Of a DNA stretch of 64,000 bases, positions 10,201 to 16,490 are shown in pieces. Origin of the DNA: an uncultured Candidatus Saccharibacteria bacterium. Its GTDB lineage: Bacteria > Patescibacteriota > Minisyncoccia > Minisyncoccales > JAGMDC01. The stretch spans positions 510 to 64,509 of the forward strand of contig CAZTQA010000001.1 of assembly GCA_964615205.1 (NCBI GenBank), written 5' to 3'. The translations under genes were made by a program, and so were the position numbers. The first letter of the stretch is position 1. Each line of letters begins with the position of its first letter. The notes beneath the pieces are model-generated. The model saw nothing but the letters and a program-made list of their open reading frames with translations. It was not told the origin of the DNA and ran no database searches.

Positions 10201-10921
10201 ATATATTCAATCCCAGGAAGTTAATTATCAAGAATACTGCGGATCAGGTCTTTGTGATGGAGCAGTAGGATTTAAGTGGATCTATAAAGATGAAGATGGG
10301 GACAATGAAATTAGATATGATTTCAAAATAAACGATGTTGATGATGTGGATGATCTCGATCCAGAAGTTGATAAGACTTTTAAGGGATTAAGTTATCCAG
10401 ATGGAACAGAAAATAATCAGCAAGTAACAGTAGCTAAGTCTGCAGGAGAGAACGAAATTACCTACAACACCACTTATTATTGGTGGGCAAAGGTATATGA
10501 TGAGTGGGGTGATTCCGGATGGATTAGCGGTAGTTCCTTTGCTACAGCTGCTCACGCTTATCCTGATCCTGATTTTACTTTGGAACCTGAAGCCCCGGCA
10601 GTAGATGTATTTGCTCAGTTATGCTCAGTGGAAGCACCGGGCCTTTGTGATTCAGATATTAGCAAATGCTATGACATTAATAATGAGGAAGTTTCTTGTT
10701 CCGGAGCCGAATTTACATGGGACATTAGTGGCTGCAATGGCATCTTTGTGGGAGGAACAGATGAGCATTCTGAAAATCCCAAAGTCAAACTTTATTCATC
10801 AGGTCAAATAAAGCTTTGGATTACAGACCAAGACGGTTTTGGCCCCTGTACTATTTCAAAAGATATTGAACCTAAACTTCCTTATCCCGGGTGGAAGGAA
10901 ATTCCTCCCCAGAAGGAATAA
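4274..10921 (+). CDS. Giant secreted surface protein (2215 aa) with duplicated Ig-like + BNR/Asp-box + FG-GAP/VCBS-like modules and a PKD/FN3-like C-terminus
   Basis: Signal peptide MKLSLFIFFFVLIGLIMPLQAFG. Many Asp-box-like SxDxGxxW motifs (SEDRGDSW, SIDKGATW, STDAGENW, SDDDGQTW, SMDLGATW). Many FG-GAP-like Ca-binding loops (DVNDDGKDEIV, DIDNDGLKELV, DINNDGQMEIV, DINADGSLDII, DVDNDGVMEIV). Confidence 0.85.
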   Translation: MKLSLFIFFFVLIGLIMPLQAFGVDPPKVTLISPNDNCEIEENVLDLTFKQTNSGGVACSCSLYLDDVVVQTNSSVPHNTPTTFSVSEIKPGQHWWTVKCTDASGNTGSPYYVAASSRDGGIYQSSTGNAGEWSKLDLSPYTYNSTTGYIEPQIYFMDADQRGQLFAHLDYENEYYQGEPQYYGGYYGDVDHRSLFRRPDEGSAWQILDLKKDEYSNWNIVSMAEDPASEDVYISVSGEGIYKSEDGGINFELLPNSPSSSILYLTVDPTTSDIYAGKFNYSGSSIYKSEDRGDSWNLLEGSPTVYSYTYTTGNGMDVAPNGDVYSTNNRGGVCKSIDKGATWSCKNYLIGGTDPSRTVKAISNDIIFVGGELDGYKIQRSTDAGENWETVFDLSSLGTRRYVNAIEMAPNGDIYIAIDYYSVSGYKTAIYRSTGNGDLGTWTKVLDLASGYVFSQVRVVDNVKRSFTVSSWSHIGRTETHSGFTPAIGNITAEKWSASVGGGFNFYNSPLTADVNDDGKDEIVLVRDRTFVFDGEGNKLFEGGCCFPSWHCASETCLSDNLRPSHPDIADIDNDGLKELVTKGGGVALLFSRELDLTGNLRWYYDNPSYLPVVSGSFTPVIFDLGIVGAKKEIIFATNGGLIVFEEENGLPYLGRNDGLMGVWQDGIGFKTDPYGSVPAVGDINNDGQMEIVVQGSPDIYAFDRWGNNLWQTSTGYDRTGYTILADVVSGNSGLEVITQYTDHVLCLDGDNGSILWDVNIGAGSPNLTAFPSPAVADIDNDGIIEVIAPKDAGGFYVLNGETGAIEQTIESGLIYGSIVIADINADGSLDIIAPTYEDLYVFDKDGNKLWSGLSLTGSAIPSLNSPAISDVDGDGWAEVILIDTSGVLHVLGKDNDPPIVTIEAKDKNNVLIPDGGIVKSEDTDLITISSIASDFSGIQNHKIKYWVNGILQEPIDEWSEGGTHFITIGPLLIGTKIEYQATATDYSLNYSETTKKSFLVEVDTHPPKVFLLSPDDNIETEEQSMQVSFKQIDDVSSSCSCSLYLDDEVIQTNSSVPNDTVTYFTLSNMKPGTNYWTVKCTDEAGNTGSPYYISLVASHNNLYQSDDDGQTWTGLDVLKYFNSPITGEDSIGGVSFLDSTSDGKMFMSLGYDNHYDCDGTYKSVWQVHQATFRKNSDSSILKMIKGDCINGSSNLISSLAEASNGDLYAVNGGIYKSTDKGGIWDQISGPSGCKSVAVSDNGYIFATGSNGVYRSIDNGESFELLSGSPKITITPTAHLIISVNNDIYVASGKYVYKSINNGDNWTIVFTSPYASPGKEVASLFAFNQNTIFAGIKQDDELLGAIYVSYNAGVDWQISLQQQQIYNETDSMEGWTQSIDKSPQGDIYAAIYGYCYSTEPKALVYRSMDLGATWQLSFSSPKNTSNNPSFSSVVENIRRSIIIPSWPEVGREKDHNAYTFLEGGISFVEKYWNQSISSPVDLDWAGLVTADIDGNGKDEIFSINETAQAFDGQGNLLWSRTCGVGWSSPRPCFEPSGYGQISAVGDVDNDGVMEIVFNGYDNEIICRNAATGTLKWFTSSLDIYEDDVITPVIADINNDGLNEIIIHGKNLYVLEGSTGEVLWSKSILNRGTVPALADLNQDGQMDIVVENASDNYLYAFDGQENPLWQVQVQPNYNDVTGYISIADVDNDNKPEVIETCWGEIFVFNGEDGSKLWSKPYAEFPGQQAVNDYGSPAIGDVRTDIAGMEIALGLADPGGHPAQGLFLLNGKTGEIIWSDASIGSVYGSPAIADINSDGELEIIIQTDMVYCFNSSGEIIWSYPAGGRSNVAIADVMDTEGAEVIVFSGGEIYVLGEDNVPPQLVIERVPAGDVYNDDTVIFTSIALDTSGIYYHAVQYRINEGEWATIFECYDSNGDNKCDSDFRDVNPLVVSVDPYTYAVDDYIEYRSTAVDNSFPPNTGYSDIGSFTVLLGNAPPYIQSQEVNYQEYCGSGLCDGAVGFKWIYKDEDGDNEIRYDFKINDVDDVDDLDPEVDKTFKGLSYPDGTENNQQVTVAKSAGENEITYNTTYYWWAKVYDEWGDSGWISGSSFATAAHAYPDPDFTLEPEAPAVDVFAQLCSVEAPGLCDSDISKCYDINNEEVSCSGAEFTWDISGCNGIFVGGTDEHSENPKVKLYSSGQIKLWITDQDGFGPCTISKDIEPKLPYPGWKEIPPQKE

Positions 10922-10924
10922 TTT

Positions 10925-10952
10925 TTGACAAGAAATATTTTTCTGCTATACT
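10925..10952 (+). promoter_or_regulatory. Sigma70-like promoter upstream of rny
   Basis: TTGACA (10925-10930), 16-nt spacer, TGcTATACT (-10 at 10947-10952). Confidence 0.5.
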
Positions 10953-11025
10953 AACTTTATAGATACTAAATAAAATAATATGGTTTTTGGTATGAAAAAA
11001 TATTGCCAATCTCTCATTTTAAACC

Positions 11026-12555
11026 ATGGAATCATTAAACCTACTTTTAGCGGGCTTAGTTTCCTTAGTGCTGGGTTCGGTTTTAGGTTACTATGCCCGT
11101 CAATCAATTGCCAAGAAAAGAGTTGGAACCATAGAGCAAAAGCTGCAGAAGAAAGTAGCTCAAGCCAAGGAAGAAGCGGAAAAAATTGTTTCTGAAGCGG
11201 AAAAGAAATCATCTAGTTTTTTAGAAAAAACCAAGAGAGAAGCAGATAAAAGGCAAAAAGACCTTTTGAAAACAGAACAAATTTTACTGCGTCGGGAAAG
11301 CATTCTAGAAAGAAAAATTTCTGATTTTGAAGACAAGGAAAAAGATTTTCACGAGAAAGTGGATAAATTAAGAAAAATAAAAGAAAGTCTGGAAGACTAC
11401 AGGCAGGAAGCTATCGAAAAATTGGAAAAAGTTGCCAAGCTTTCCCAAAAAGAAGCTAAAGAAGAGCTCTTAAAGAATATTGAAAAACAGAATGAGTTGG
11501 AAGTTTTAGGGAAGATGAGCAGACTGGAAAGAGAAGGATTGGAAAAATTTGATAAACGAGCTAAAGAAATCTTAGCTTCAGCTATTCAAAAATGCGCTGT
11601 TTCTCAAGCTCAAGAAATTACCACTACTAATGTCTCTCTTCCTAATGAAGAAATCAAAGGGAGAATTATTGGCAAAGAAGGAAGGAATATCAGGGCTTTG
11701 GAGAATTTAACAGGGGTGGAAGTTGTTGTAGACGAAACACCAGGCATGGTGGTTATTTCTGGTTTTGACCCCATTAGGAGACAAGTGGCTAAAAATGCTT
11801 TGGAAAAACTTATTCAAGACGGCAGAATTCAGCCAGCCAGAATTGAAGAAGTAGTCAACAAAGCAGAAGAAGAAATTATTACTCAAATAAAAGAAGCTGG
11901 AGAGCAGGCAGTTTATGAGACAGGAATAGTTGGATTGGATCCCAAGATTGTTCAGCTTTTGGGACGGCTTCGTTTTAGAACCAGTTATGGTCAGAATGTT
12001 TTGCTTCACTCTATTGAGGTTTCCCACTTGGCAGCTACCTTGGCTGAAGAAATAAGAGTCAATGTTCAGGTGGCCCGTAAGGCTGGTTTGCTTCATGATA
12101 TTGGCAAAGCTTTGGACTGGAAGGTAGAGGGTTCTCATGTGGATATAGGTATAAAAATTTTGGAAAGATTTAATGTGGAAAAGGAGGTTATTGATGCTAT
12201 GAAGTCCCATCACGGGGAATATCCAGAGGAAAGTATAGAAGCAGTTTTAGTGCAGACAGCCGATGCTATTTCTGGTTCTCGTCCCGGAGCCAGAAAAGAT
12301 ACTTTAGAAAATTATCTTAAACGTTTAGGTGATTTAGAAGATATTGCCAACGGGTTTTCCGGAGTAGAAAAGGCCTGGGCTTTGCAAGCGGGCAGGGAAT
12401 TAAGAGTTTTTGTAAGACCGGAAGAAATAGATGATTTAACAGCTAATAAATTAGCCCGGGAAATAGCTAAGAGGATTCAAGAAGAATTAAGATATCCGGG
12501 AGAAATTAAGGTTACGGTTATCAGAGAAAAAAGAGTAGTAGAATACGCCAAGTAA
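11026..12555 (+). CDS. rny: Ribonuclease Y
   Basis: N-terminal TM helix, long coiled-coil, KH domain (GRIIGKEGRNIRALENLTGVEVVVD) and HD domain (LLHDIGKA ... SHHGE). Confidence 0.9.
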   Translation: MESLNLLLAGLVSLVLGSVLGYYARQSIAKKRVGTIEQKLQKKVAQAKEEAEKIVSEAEKKSSSFLEKTKREADKRQKDLLKTEQILLRRESILERKISDFEDKEKDFHEKVDKLRKIKESLEDYRQEAIEKLEKVAKLSQKEAKEELLKNIEKQNELEVLGKMSRLEREGLEKFDKRAKEILASAIQKCAVSQAQEITTTNVSLPNEEIKGRIIGKEGRNIRALENLTGVEVVVDETPGMVVISGFDPIRRQVAKNALEKLIQDGRIQPARIEEVVNKAEEEIITQIKEAGEQAVYETGIVGLDPKIVQLLGRLRFRTSYGQNVLLHSIEVSHLAATLAEEIRVNVQVARKAGLLHDIGKALDWKVEGSHVDIGIKILERFNVEKEVIDAMKSHHGEYPEESIEAVLVQTADAISGSRPGARKDTLENYLKRLGDLEDIANGFSGVEKAWALQAGRELRVFVRPEEIDDLTANKLAREIAKRIQEELRYPGEIKVTVIREKRVVEYAK

Positions 12556-12578
12556 TGAATTTCTAATTTCTAAAATTT

Positions 12579-12851
12579 ATGGATAAAAAGAATTTAGTTG
12601 AAACAATTAGTAAAAAAATAGGAATTTCTAAAAGCGACAGCAACGAAATAGTGAATTTGATTTTAGATGAAATAACTAAATCTCTTTCTCAAGGAGAAGA
12701 GGTTGTTTTTACTGGCTTTGGTAAATTTTGTATTTCTCAAAGAAAAGAAAGAAATGGAATCAATCCCCAAACCAAAGAAAAAATTAAAATCCCAGCTTCT
12801 AAATCGCCCAAATTTAAACCAGGTAAGATTCTGAAAGAAGCTGTTAAATAA
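12579..12851 (+). CDS. hup: DNA-binding protein HU
   Basis: 90 aa. MDKKNLVETISKK...GFGKF...RKERNGINPQTKEKIKIPASKSPKFKPGK matches the HU/IHF signature. Confidence 0.9.
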   Translation: MDKKNLVETISKKIGISKSDSNEIVNLILDEITKSLSQGEEVVFTGFGKFCISQRKERNGINPQTKEKIKIPASKSPKFKPGKILKEAVK

Positions 12852-12863
12852 AAAATTCTACTA

Positions 12864-12895
12864 AAAAATCCCGCACCTCGGTGCGGGATTTTTTA
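12864..12895 (+). terminator. Rho-independent terminator after hup
   Basis: AAAAATCCCGCAC-CTCG-GTGCGGGATTTTT is a perfect GC-containing stem followed by a T-run. Confidence 0.8.
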
Positions 12896-12905
12896 GTTGG
12901 AATAT

Positions 12906-12958
12906 ACAGGACTGTGGATAAAGTATCTATGGACTTTCTATTTTCTTTCTATTATAAT
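12906..12958 (+). promoter_or_regulatory. Candidate promoter/operator region of the lexA-methyltransferase gene
   Basis: TGGACT (12930-12935), 17-nt spacer, TATAAT (12953-12958). CTTTCTATT direct repeat at 12934-12942 and 12945-12953 (11-nt period) overlaps the spacer and -10. Small palindromes ACAGGACTGT (12906-12915) and GATAAAGTATC lie upstream. Confidence 0.4.
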
Positions 12959-12990
12959 TAAGTATAGAGAATATAAAAATAAATCAAGTC

Positions 12991-14313
12991 ATGATTACTA
13001 AAAAGCAAAAACAAGTTTTAGATTTCATAACTTTATATCGCAAGAAACGAGGATATTCTCCGTCTCTTGAAGAAATACAAAAAAAATTCAGACTTGCTTC
13101 TGTTTCTACTGCTCATTTCCATGTTAAAAAATTACAAGAATTGGGACTTTTAGAAAAAAAACACAACAAACCAAGGTCAATTAATATCTACGAGAACGAA
13201 AAAATGGTTAATATTCCTCTCCTGGGCTTAATAGCTGCTGGGCAGCCGATTGAAGCAATACAAGATAAAGAAACAATTGCTTTTCCCCAAAACAAACTTC
13301 CTCGCTTTGGAGAATTTTATGCTTTACGAGTAGCAGGAAATAGTATGATAGAGGAGAACATCAAGGATGGTGATATTATTTTAGTAAAAGAACAACAAAC
13401 AGTTGAAAATGGACAAAAAGTTGTTGCGCTGATCGATAATTATAAAGCAACCTTAAAAACGTTTTATAAAGAAAGAGATAAAATTCGTTTACAACCAGCC
13501 AATAAAAATTATGAACCAATTATTATAAAGAGCGGTGAACGAGAGATTGTTATTCAAGGACTTGTTATTGATGTAATAAAAAACAATGAAGAATTGCAAG
13601 CAACAGAATTATTATCGCAAAAGGAAATAAAGAGATATAATAACCTACCACTAAATAAAGTTATCTGTGGAGATGCTATAGAAGAATTGAAAAAACTACC
13701 AAATAAATCTATTGATTTGATATTAACAGATCCTCCTTACGGATTAAATAAAAAGGGCATTAGTAATGATACTGATTTAAGCTTATTTTATTCGTCTTTG
13801 CCGGAAAGTTACCGAGTTTTAAAGGATAACTCTTTCTTTATAACCTTTTTTAGTACAAAATTTTTACCACAAATTTTCAGAAGTAATCCTTTTGAATATT
13901 TCTGGAATTTTGTTCTTTATTGTCCGAATGGAAGCGTCTCTTCCCCTATAGGATATACAAAATATATGTCTTGTATGGTCTTCAAAAAGGGTAATCCTAA
14001 GATGATAAAAAGAGGGAAAGATATTTTTGTTGATACTCCAGGTAGAATGGTGGAACCTGACGAAGGGTTTATTAATCATCCAACGCCAAAACCAAAAACC
14101 TTTATAAAAGATATTTTGTTAATGTTCTCTAGAAACGGAGATATCGTTTTAGATCCTTTTATAGGTAGCGGGAGTACAGCAATTGCTTGTAAGCAAATTG
14201 GAAGAAATTTCATTGGATTTGAGATTGATGTAAATTACTATAAATTGGCTAAAGAAAGATTAAAGAAAATTGAAGGAAAATCTAAGACCTATGACCTTAA
14301 ACTTAATTTTTAA
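12991..14313 (+). CDS. Fusion protein: full-length LexA-like repressor (wHTH + S24 autopeptidase) fused to a beta-class N6A/N4C DNA methyltransferase
   Basis: aa 1-200 are colinear with LexA: cleavage site LIAA83|G84QP, Ser118 in AGNSM, Lys156 in ATLKTF, end GLVIDVIKN. aa 225-440 are a methyltransferase: DPPY at aa 247-250, HPTPKP, LDPFIGSGST, FIGFEID. The motif order IV then I defines the beta class. Confidence 0.85.
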   Translation: MITKKQKQVLDFITLYRKKRGYSPSLEEIQKKFRLASVSTAHFHVKKLQELGLLEKKHNKPRSINIYENEKMVNIPLLGLIAAGQPIEAIQDKETIAFPQNKLPRFGEFYALRVAGNSMIEENIKDGDIILVKEQQTVENGQKVVALIDNYKATLKTFYKERDKIRLQPANKNYEPIIIKSGEREIVIQGLVIDVIKNNEELQATELLSQKEIKRYNNLPLNKVICGDAIEELKKLPNKSIDLILTDPPYGLNKKGISNDTDLSLFYSSLPESYRVLKDNSFFITFFSTKFLPQIFRSNPFEYFWNFVLYCPNGSVSSPIGYTKYMSCMVFKKGNPKMIKRGKDIFVDTPGRMVEPDEGFINHPTPKPKTFIKDILLMFSRNGDIVLDPFIGSGSTAIACKQIGRNFIGFEIDVNYYKLAKERLKKIEGKSKTYDLKLNF

Positions 14314-15190
14314 TAAGGTTCTTTAGAACTGTTTTCATATCCCAAGCATGCTCTTTTGAGGCAACGATAAAGCTTTCTGCAAGTCCTATCAGATCATCTT
14401 TACTAATTGGTAAAAAGATTACTTCATTACTTTTTGCTGTTCGTCCAATAATTGAACGGTTGTCTTTGTCAAAAAGATTGTTTGCTTTTGAACAGAAATA
14501 TATCATACTTTGATAACCAACTGCTTTTTGTTTGTGTTGTAAAATAATTTCAACAAGAGTATTGCTACTTATTCTATTCATAAATAAAGGATTTTTTTCT
14601 TCAAATAATTCAAACTTGCCCAAAATTTTTTTATGAGTCGTTGTTCTGATAATTTTATACTGTTTTTCAATATCTAATTCATTTTTATTATTAAAATCTA
14701 TCAATTGTTCAATTTCCTGTTTGTTTATTAATTTATCTTTTAATGCGATTTTGAACAAATCAGATAATTCATAACCGACATAAGTATTTCCATTTTTGTG
14801 CTCTTTTATAACTATTATTTCATTATTTCTTTTAAAAATTTCAAGTATTTCATTCTTAAAATCTTTTCTACTTTTGATGTTCGTTTCTAGAATAAATTTT
14901 TTAATATCGCTAAGGATGTTTATATTTTTATAATTTAAAGATAAATTTTCTAAAATGTTCTCGCGATCTTTTGGCGTTTTAGCTGTTCGATAGTTTTTCC
15001 AGATTGTATCAATCGGCAAGAAATAAGAAATTTGCCATTCAACATAATCATTTTCAGAAAATACATTTTTCTTTACAGAAATTGGTTCGCCAAAATTATC
15101 TTTCCTTCGTTTAACTCTAATTTTGCTAGTTGCACCAGTTATTGGGATAGAACAAATAATTTTACTATTTTTTATAAAAAGCATTGACAT
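14303..15190 (-). CDS. Hypothetical protein; candidate cognate restriction endonuclease
   Basis: 295-aa ORF convergent with the methyltransferase, 3' ends overlapping by 11 nt. Visibly very AT-rich. I could find no nuclease motif, so the call rests on context only. Confidence 0.35.
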   Translation of the reverse strand: MSMLFIKNSKIICSIPITGATSKIRVKRRKDNFGEPISVKKNVFSENDYVEWQISYFLPIDTIWKNYRTAKTPKDRENILENLSLNYKNINILSDIKKFILETNIKSRKDFKNEILEIFKRNNEIIVIKEHKNGNTYVGYELSDLFKIALKDKLINKQEIEQLIDFNNKNELDIEKQYKIIRTTTHKKILGKFELFEEKNPLFMNRISSNTLVEIILQHKQKAVGYQSMIYFCSKANNLFDKDNRSIIGRTAKSNEVIFLPISKDDLIGLAESFIVASKEHAWDMKTVLKNLIKN

Positions 15191-15226
15191 ATTATAATAA
15201 CAAATGACTTTTATTTTTTAAATTGA

Positions 15227-15297
15227 AGCGAGTGAAGGGAATCGAACCCTCATGACCAGGTTGGAAACCTGAGGCTCTGCCATTGAGCTACACTCGC
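15227..15297 (-). tRNA. tRNA-Gly (anticodon UCC)
   Basis: Reverse complement is GCGAGTGTAGCTCAATGGCAGAGCCTCAGGTTTCCAACCTGGTCATGAGGGTTCGATTCCCTTCACTCGCT. Acceptor GCGAGTG/CACTCGC, anticodon stem TCAGG/CCTGG with loop TTTCCAA, T-loop TTCGATT. CCA is not encoded. Confidence 0.85.
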
Positions 15298-15299
15298 CT

Positions 15300-15370
15300 T
15301 CGGGGTACCCAGATTTGAACTGGGACTAAATCCTCCCAAAGGACTCGTGCTGCCGTTACACTATACCCCG
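15300..15370 (-). tRNA. tRNA-Pro (anticodon UGG)
   Basis: Reverse complement is CGGGGTATAGTGTAACGGCAGCACGAGTCCTTTGGGAGGATTTAGTCCCAGTTCAAATCTGGGTACCCCGA. Acceptor CGGGGTA/TACCCCG, anticodon stem AGTCC/GGATT with loop TTTGGGA, T-arm CCCAG-TTCAAAT-CTGGG. Confidence 0.85.
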
Positions 15371-15450
15371 AACTCATTCATATTTTAATAAAACTTTTGC
15401 TTTTAGTCAATCAATGTTATCATAAATGTATGTATTAACAATTTAATTTA

Positions 15451-15459
15451 TGCTATAAT
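15451..15459 (+). promoter_or_regulatory. Extended -10 element upstream of the histidine kinase gene
   Basis: TGCTATAAT lies 7 nt upstream of the ATG at 15466, which suggests a leaderless or very short-leader mRNA. Confidence 0.4.
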
Positions 15460-15465
15460 CATAAA

Positions 15466-16416
15466 ATGAAAAAAGAATCTCCTTTGTCACAATTGAATAT
15501 TTTAAAACAATGCAAAAAATACGGACTGCCCTTATGGCAATGTCCCCAATTTTTATTTTTAATAATGGGTCTCGTAACTATTTTTACAGCTGTGACTACC
15601 TATACTATAGGAACACGGCTTTTCGGAGATCCGGAAACAGTGGCTTTGATTGTTCTTGGCTTATCCGCGGTTTTATTTATGCTTTCCTTTGTTATTAATC
15701 ACAGCTTGGAAAAACTGGCTGAAGCCAGTCGTATGAAATCAGAGTTTGTAAGAATAGTTTCTCATCAATTAAGAGCTCCTTTAACTAATTTAAAATGGGG
15801 GATTGAAATGATAATTTCCCGAGGCTTGGAACACGTGGAAGAAAAACAGCTTCTGAATTTTATTAAGATGTTAAGAGAGAACAGCAATAGAATGGAAGAA
15901 TTAATTAATGATTTATTGATAGTTTCCAGGATGGAGAAAGATGGTTTGCCGGAGAAAAAAGAGAAAGTTGATTTTGGAGAGATCGTTAAGAATTTTATTT
16001 CTGAATTTGAGGCTTTTGCTATTTCTTCCAATATTAAATTAAAATTCGATTATTCTAAAGATATACCTTCTATCACGGCTGATCCTGGTCAGGTAAAATT
16101 AGTTGTGGAAAACTTTATAGATAACGCTATTCGCTATACTAAAAAAGGAGGCGTTGTAAAAATTAGATTAAAAAAAACCAAAAAGAATATTCATTTTGAA
16201 GTTGAAGATGAAGGAGTAGGTATTCCTAAGGAAGATCAAAAATATATTTTTGATAAATTTTTCCGAGCAAGCAATGCCATGAAATATCAAACCCAAGGAA
16301 GCGGTTTAGGCCTTTTTATCGCTAAATCCGTAGCAGATAAAATGAAAGGAGAAATCGGATTTAAATCAAAAGAGAGCAAAGGTTCCACTTTCTGGGTTAA
16401 AATACCTATAAAATAA
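15466..16416 (+). CDS. Sensor histidine kinase (2 TM + HisKA + HATPase_c)
   Basis: H-box SEFVRIVSHQLRAPLT, N-box VVENFIDNAIRYT, G-boxes EDEGVGIP and GSGLGLFIAK. Confidence 0.85.
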   Translation: MKKESPLSQLNILKQCKKYGLPLWQCPQFLFLIMGLVTIFTAVTTYTIGTRLFGDPETVALIVLGLSAVLFMLSFVINHSLEKLAEASRMKSEFVRIVSHQLRAPLTNLKWGIEMIISRGLEHVEEKQLLNFIKMLRENSNRMEELINDLLIVSRMEKDGLPEKKEKVDFGEIVKNFISEFEAFAISSNIKLKFDYSKDIPSITADPGQVKLVVENFIDNAIRYTKKGGVVKIRLKKTKKNIHFEVEDEGVGIPKEDQKYIFDKFFRASNAMKYQTQGSGLGLFIAKSVADKMKGEIGFKSKESKGSTFWVKIPIK

Positions 16417-16424
16417 TATCTATG

Positions 16425-16479
16425 AATTACGAATTAATACGAATATGCGAATTTGTACATTCGTAAACTGTTCGTAATT
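16425..16479. promoter_or_regulatory. Array of TACGAAT motifs (3 direct, 2 inverted) forming a nested imperfect palindrome between the kinase and receiver genes
   Basis: TACGAAT at 16428 and 16438, TGCGAAT at 16446, ATTCGTA at 16459, GTTCGTA at 16470. Outer arms 16425-16434 / 16470-16479 and inner arms 16446-16452 / 16459-16465 can pair. Confidence 0.4.
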
Positions 16480-16490
16480 AGTAGAAAGCT

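Noticed and set aside
10946-11212. ORFs 10946..11212 (-) and 10980..11195 (+) overlapping the rny start region
   Set aside because: They overlap the rny promoter and the membrane-anchor coding region in other frames. rny homology accounts for this DNA.
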